Of a stretch of DNA of 64,000 nucleotides, positions 62,750 through 64,000 are shown one piece after another; positions within the stretch are counted from its first letter, which is position 1; each line of letters starts with the position of its first letter. The stretch comes from an uncultured Clostridia bacterium (GTDB lineage Bacteria > Bacillota > Clostridia > Oscillospirales > Acutalibacteraceae), in assembly GCA_944380765.1 (NCBI GenBank), contig CALWIO010000003.1, positions 1,701 to 65,700 on the forward strand, written 5' to 3'. A program made the position numbers and the translations under genes. A model generated the notes under the pieces. That model ran no database searches, was not told the DNA's origin, and saw nothing but the letters and a program-made list of their open reading frames with translations.

Positions 62750-64000
62750 TTACTGTTCCTGCTCTTTGAGCCTGCTTTTCGCGCGCTTCATGGTCTTTAA
62801 AAGGAAAATCGTGCTGAGTATCAGCGAGACGCACTCGGCAATCGGGAAAGCGAACCACACAAGTTCCAGCCTGCCGGTCTTTGAGAGCAGCCACGCCGCC
62901 GGAAGCAGCACCACAAGCTGACGGCACACCGAAACTATAAGGCTGTCAACCGGTTTGCCGATAGCCTGACAAACCGAGCCGGCGATAATGCAGAAGCCCG
63001 CCAGTATAAAGTGGATAGCGATAATCCTCAGCGCCGTAACGCCGATTTCGAGCATTTCCTCGGAAGCGTTGAAGAAAGAAAGCAGCACTCCGGGAATAAG
63101 CTCGAACGCCAGAACTCCCAGCGCCATTATAACGGTGGCGGAGATAAGCGTGAGCCTTACGGTTTTCTTTACGCGGTCAAAGCGCCTTGCGCCGTAGTTG
63201 TAGGCGATAATCGGCACCATTCCGTTGTTGAGTCCGAAAATAGGCATAAACACGAAGCTTTGCAGCTTGAAATACGCTCCGAAAACAGCGGTCGCCGTGG
63301 TGGTAAAGGCAATCAGTATCTTGTTTATGCCGAAAGTCATCACAGAGCCTATCGACTGCATTACTATCGAGGGAAGTCCTATTCTGTAAATGTCCTTGAT
63401 AATCTTTGTGTTCCAGCGTATGTACTTAAAGCTGATGCGAACATCTTTGTTGAATTTAATGTTGAAGATTATGGCGAGAATTGAAGCCACAATCTGACCG
63501 AGAACAGTCGCTATTGCCGCGCCCTTGACTTCAAGACGGGGCATGCCGAGAAGTCCGAAAATAAGTATGGGGTCCATTATAATGTTGATTACCGCGCCGA
63601 CTGTCTGGGTAATCATGGTGAGCACCGTTCTGCCCGTTGATTGAAGCAGTTTTTCAAAATAGAACTGGAAGAACACGCCTATTGAAACGCCGAGGCAGAC
63701 GGTTACATAGTCCTCGCCGTAGCCGACTATCTGCTCAACCTCGGTCTGAGCCAAAAAGAAAGGTCTCGCGAGAGTTACGCCGAGTACCGCGAAGACCACA
63801 AAGCTCAGAAAAGAAACAAGTATTCCCGAACCCGCAATTTTGTTTACCTTTTCGTACTGTTTTGCTCCAAGCTCCCTTGAAAGCAGGGCGTTCATACCTA
63901 CCGCCGTACCTCCGCAGAACGCTATCATAAGCTGTTGAAGCGGAAAGGCGAGGGACACGGCGTTGAGGGCGTTTTCATTTACATAGGAAACGAAAACGCT
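62750..64000 (-). CDS. MATE family efflux transporter (5' end outside window)
   Basis: The ORF runs to the window edge. It is polytopic and hydrophobic, with MATE-like repeats. Confidence 0.8.
   Translation of the reverse strand, partial: SVFVSYVNENALNAVSLAFPLQQLMIAFCGGTAVGMNALLSRELGAKQYEKVNKIAGSGILVSFLSFVVFAVLGVTLARPFFLAQTEVEQIVGYGEDYVTVCLGVSIGVFFQFYFEKLLQSTGRTVLTMITQTVGAVINIIMDPILIFGLLGMPRLEVKGAAIATVLGQIVASILAIIFNIKFNKDVRISFKYIRWNTKIIKDIYRIGLPSIVMQSIGSVMTFGINKILIAFTTTATAVFGAYFKLQSFVFMPIFGLNNGMVPIIAYNYGARRFDRVKKTVRLTLISATVIMALGVLAFELIPGVLLSFFNASEEMLEIGVTALRIIAIHFILAGFCIIAGSVCQAIGKPVDSLIVSVCRQLVVLLPAAWLLSKTGRLELVWFAFPIAECVSLILSTIFLLKTMKRAKSRLKEQEQ

Noticed and set aside
1-64000. CRISPR arrays, rRNA genes, additional tRNAs, transposases/IS elements, integrases, and toxin-antitoxin or known defence-system genes.
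   Set aside because: I found no regularly spaced direct repeats, no rRNA-like segments and no second cloverleaf in the intergenic regions I inspected. No product has recombinase, transposase or recognisable defence motifs. The scan was visual, not exhaustive.

Overview
This is a chromosomal window from a Firmicutes/Clostridia-type genome, judged from strong GGAGG ribosome-binding sites, a glgB-glgC-glgD-glgA operon and a yhbY-nadD-yqeK-rsfS-leuS gene order. All identifications rest on reading the translations and the DNA by eye; no database or HMM search was possible. Left to right the window holds:

- **1-2.9 kb:** a truncated lipid kinase, a stand-alone tRNA-Thr(GGU), and an MFS transporter.
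- **3.0-9.4 kb, minus strand:** an orphan nine-gene phage DNA-packaging/head/neck module. It has no tail, lysis, integrase or replication genes, and cellular genes flank it on both sides.
- **9.6-13.7 kb:** a MarR regulator with a heterodimeric ABC exporter.
- **13.8-18.2 kb:** a phosphopantetheinyl transferase, an ECF sigma/PepSY anti-sigma pair, an M23 peptidase behind a long terminator-containing leader, and lexA with an SOS-like box.
- **18.4-26.6 kb:** the glycogen operon, an aldo/keto reductase and a metallophosphoesterase.
- **26.6-28.3 kb:** two AT-rich hypothetical ORFs and dusB.
- **28.4-39.3 kb:** the most unusual region.
- **39.4-44.4 kb:** a GH35 beta-galactosidase, a RumA-type methyltransferase, a split ChrA pair and a cyclase-family protein.
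- **44.5-61.4 kb:** about 17 kb of co-directional housekeeping genes: leuS, yqeK-rsfS fusion, nadD, yhbY, rdgB, ftsY, smc, a radical SAM gene, rnc, trmFO, topA, dprA and a TrmH-family gene.
- **61.4-64.0 kb:** infC-rpmI-rplT with an L20-type attenuator, then a truncated MATE transporter.

The unusual region is a tight eight-gene operon on the minus strand. It encodes five tandem paralogous secreted proteins of about 150 aa. Their domain recurs as the C-terminal module of a giant protein of about 1,760 aa. Two single-pass membrane proteins bracket these genes.

I recognise no sortase, LPXTG signal, chaperone or known pilin family in the operon. I interpret it as a candidate undescribed surface fibre/adhesin assembly system.

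The segment is also bracketed by an inverted pair of similar upstream DNA modules. One of these precedes a 37-codon ORF with very strong expression signals.
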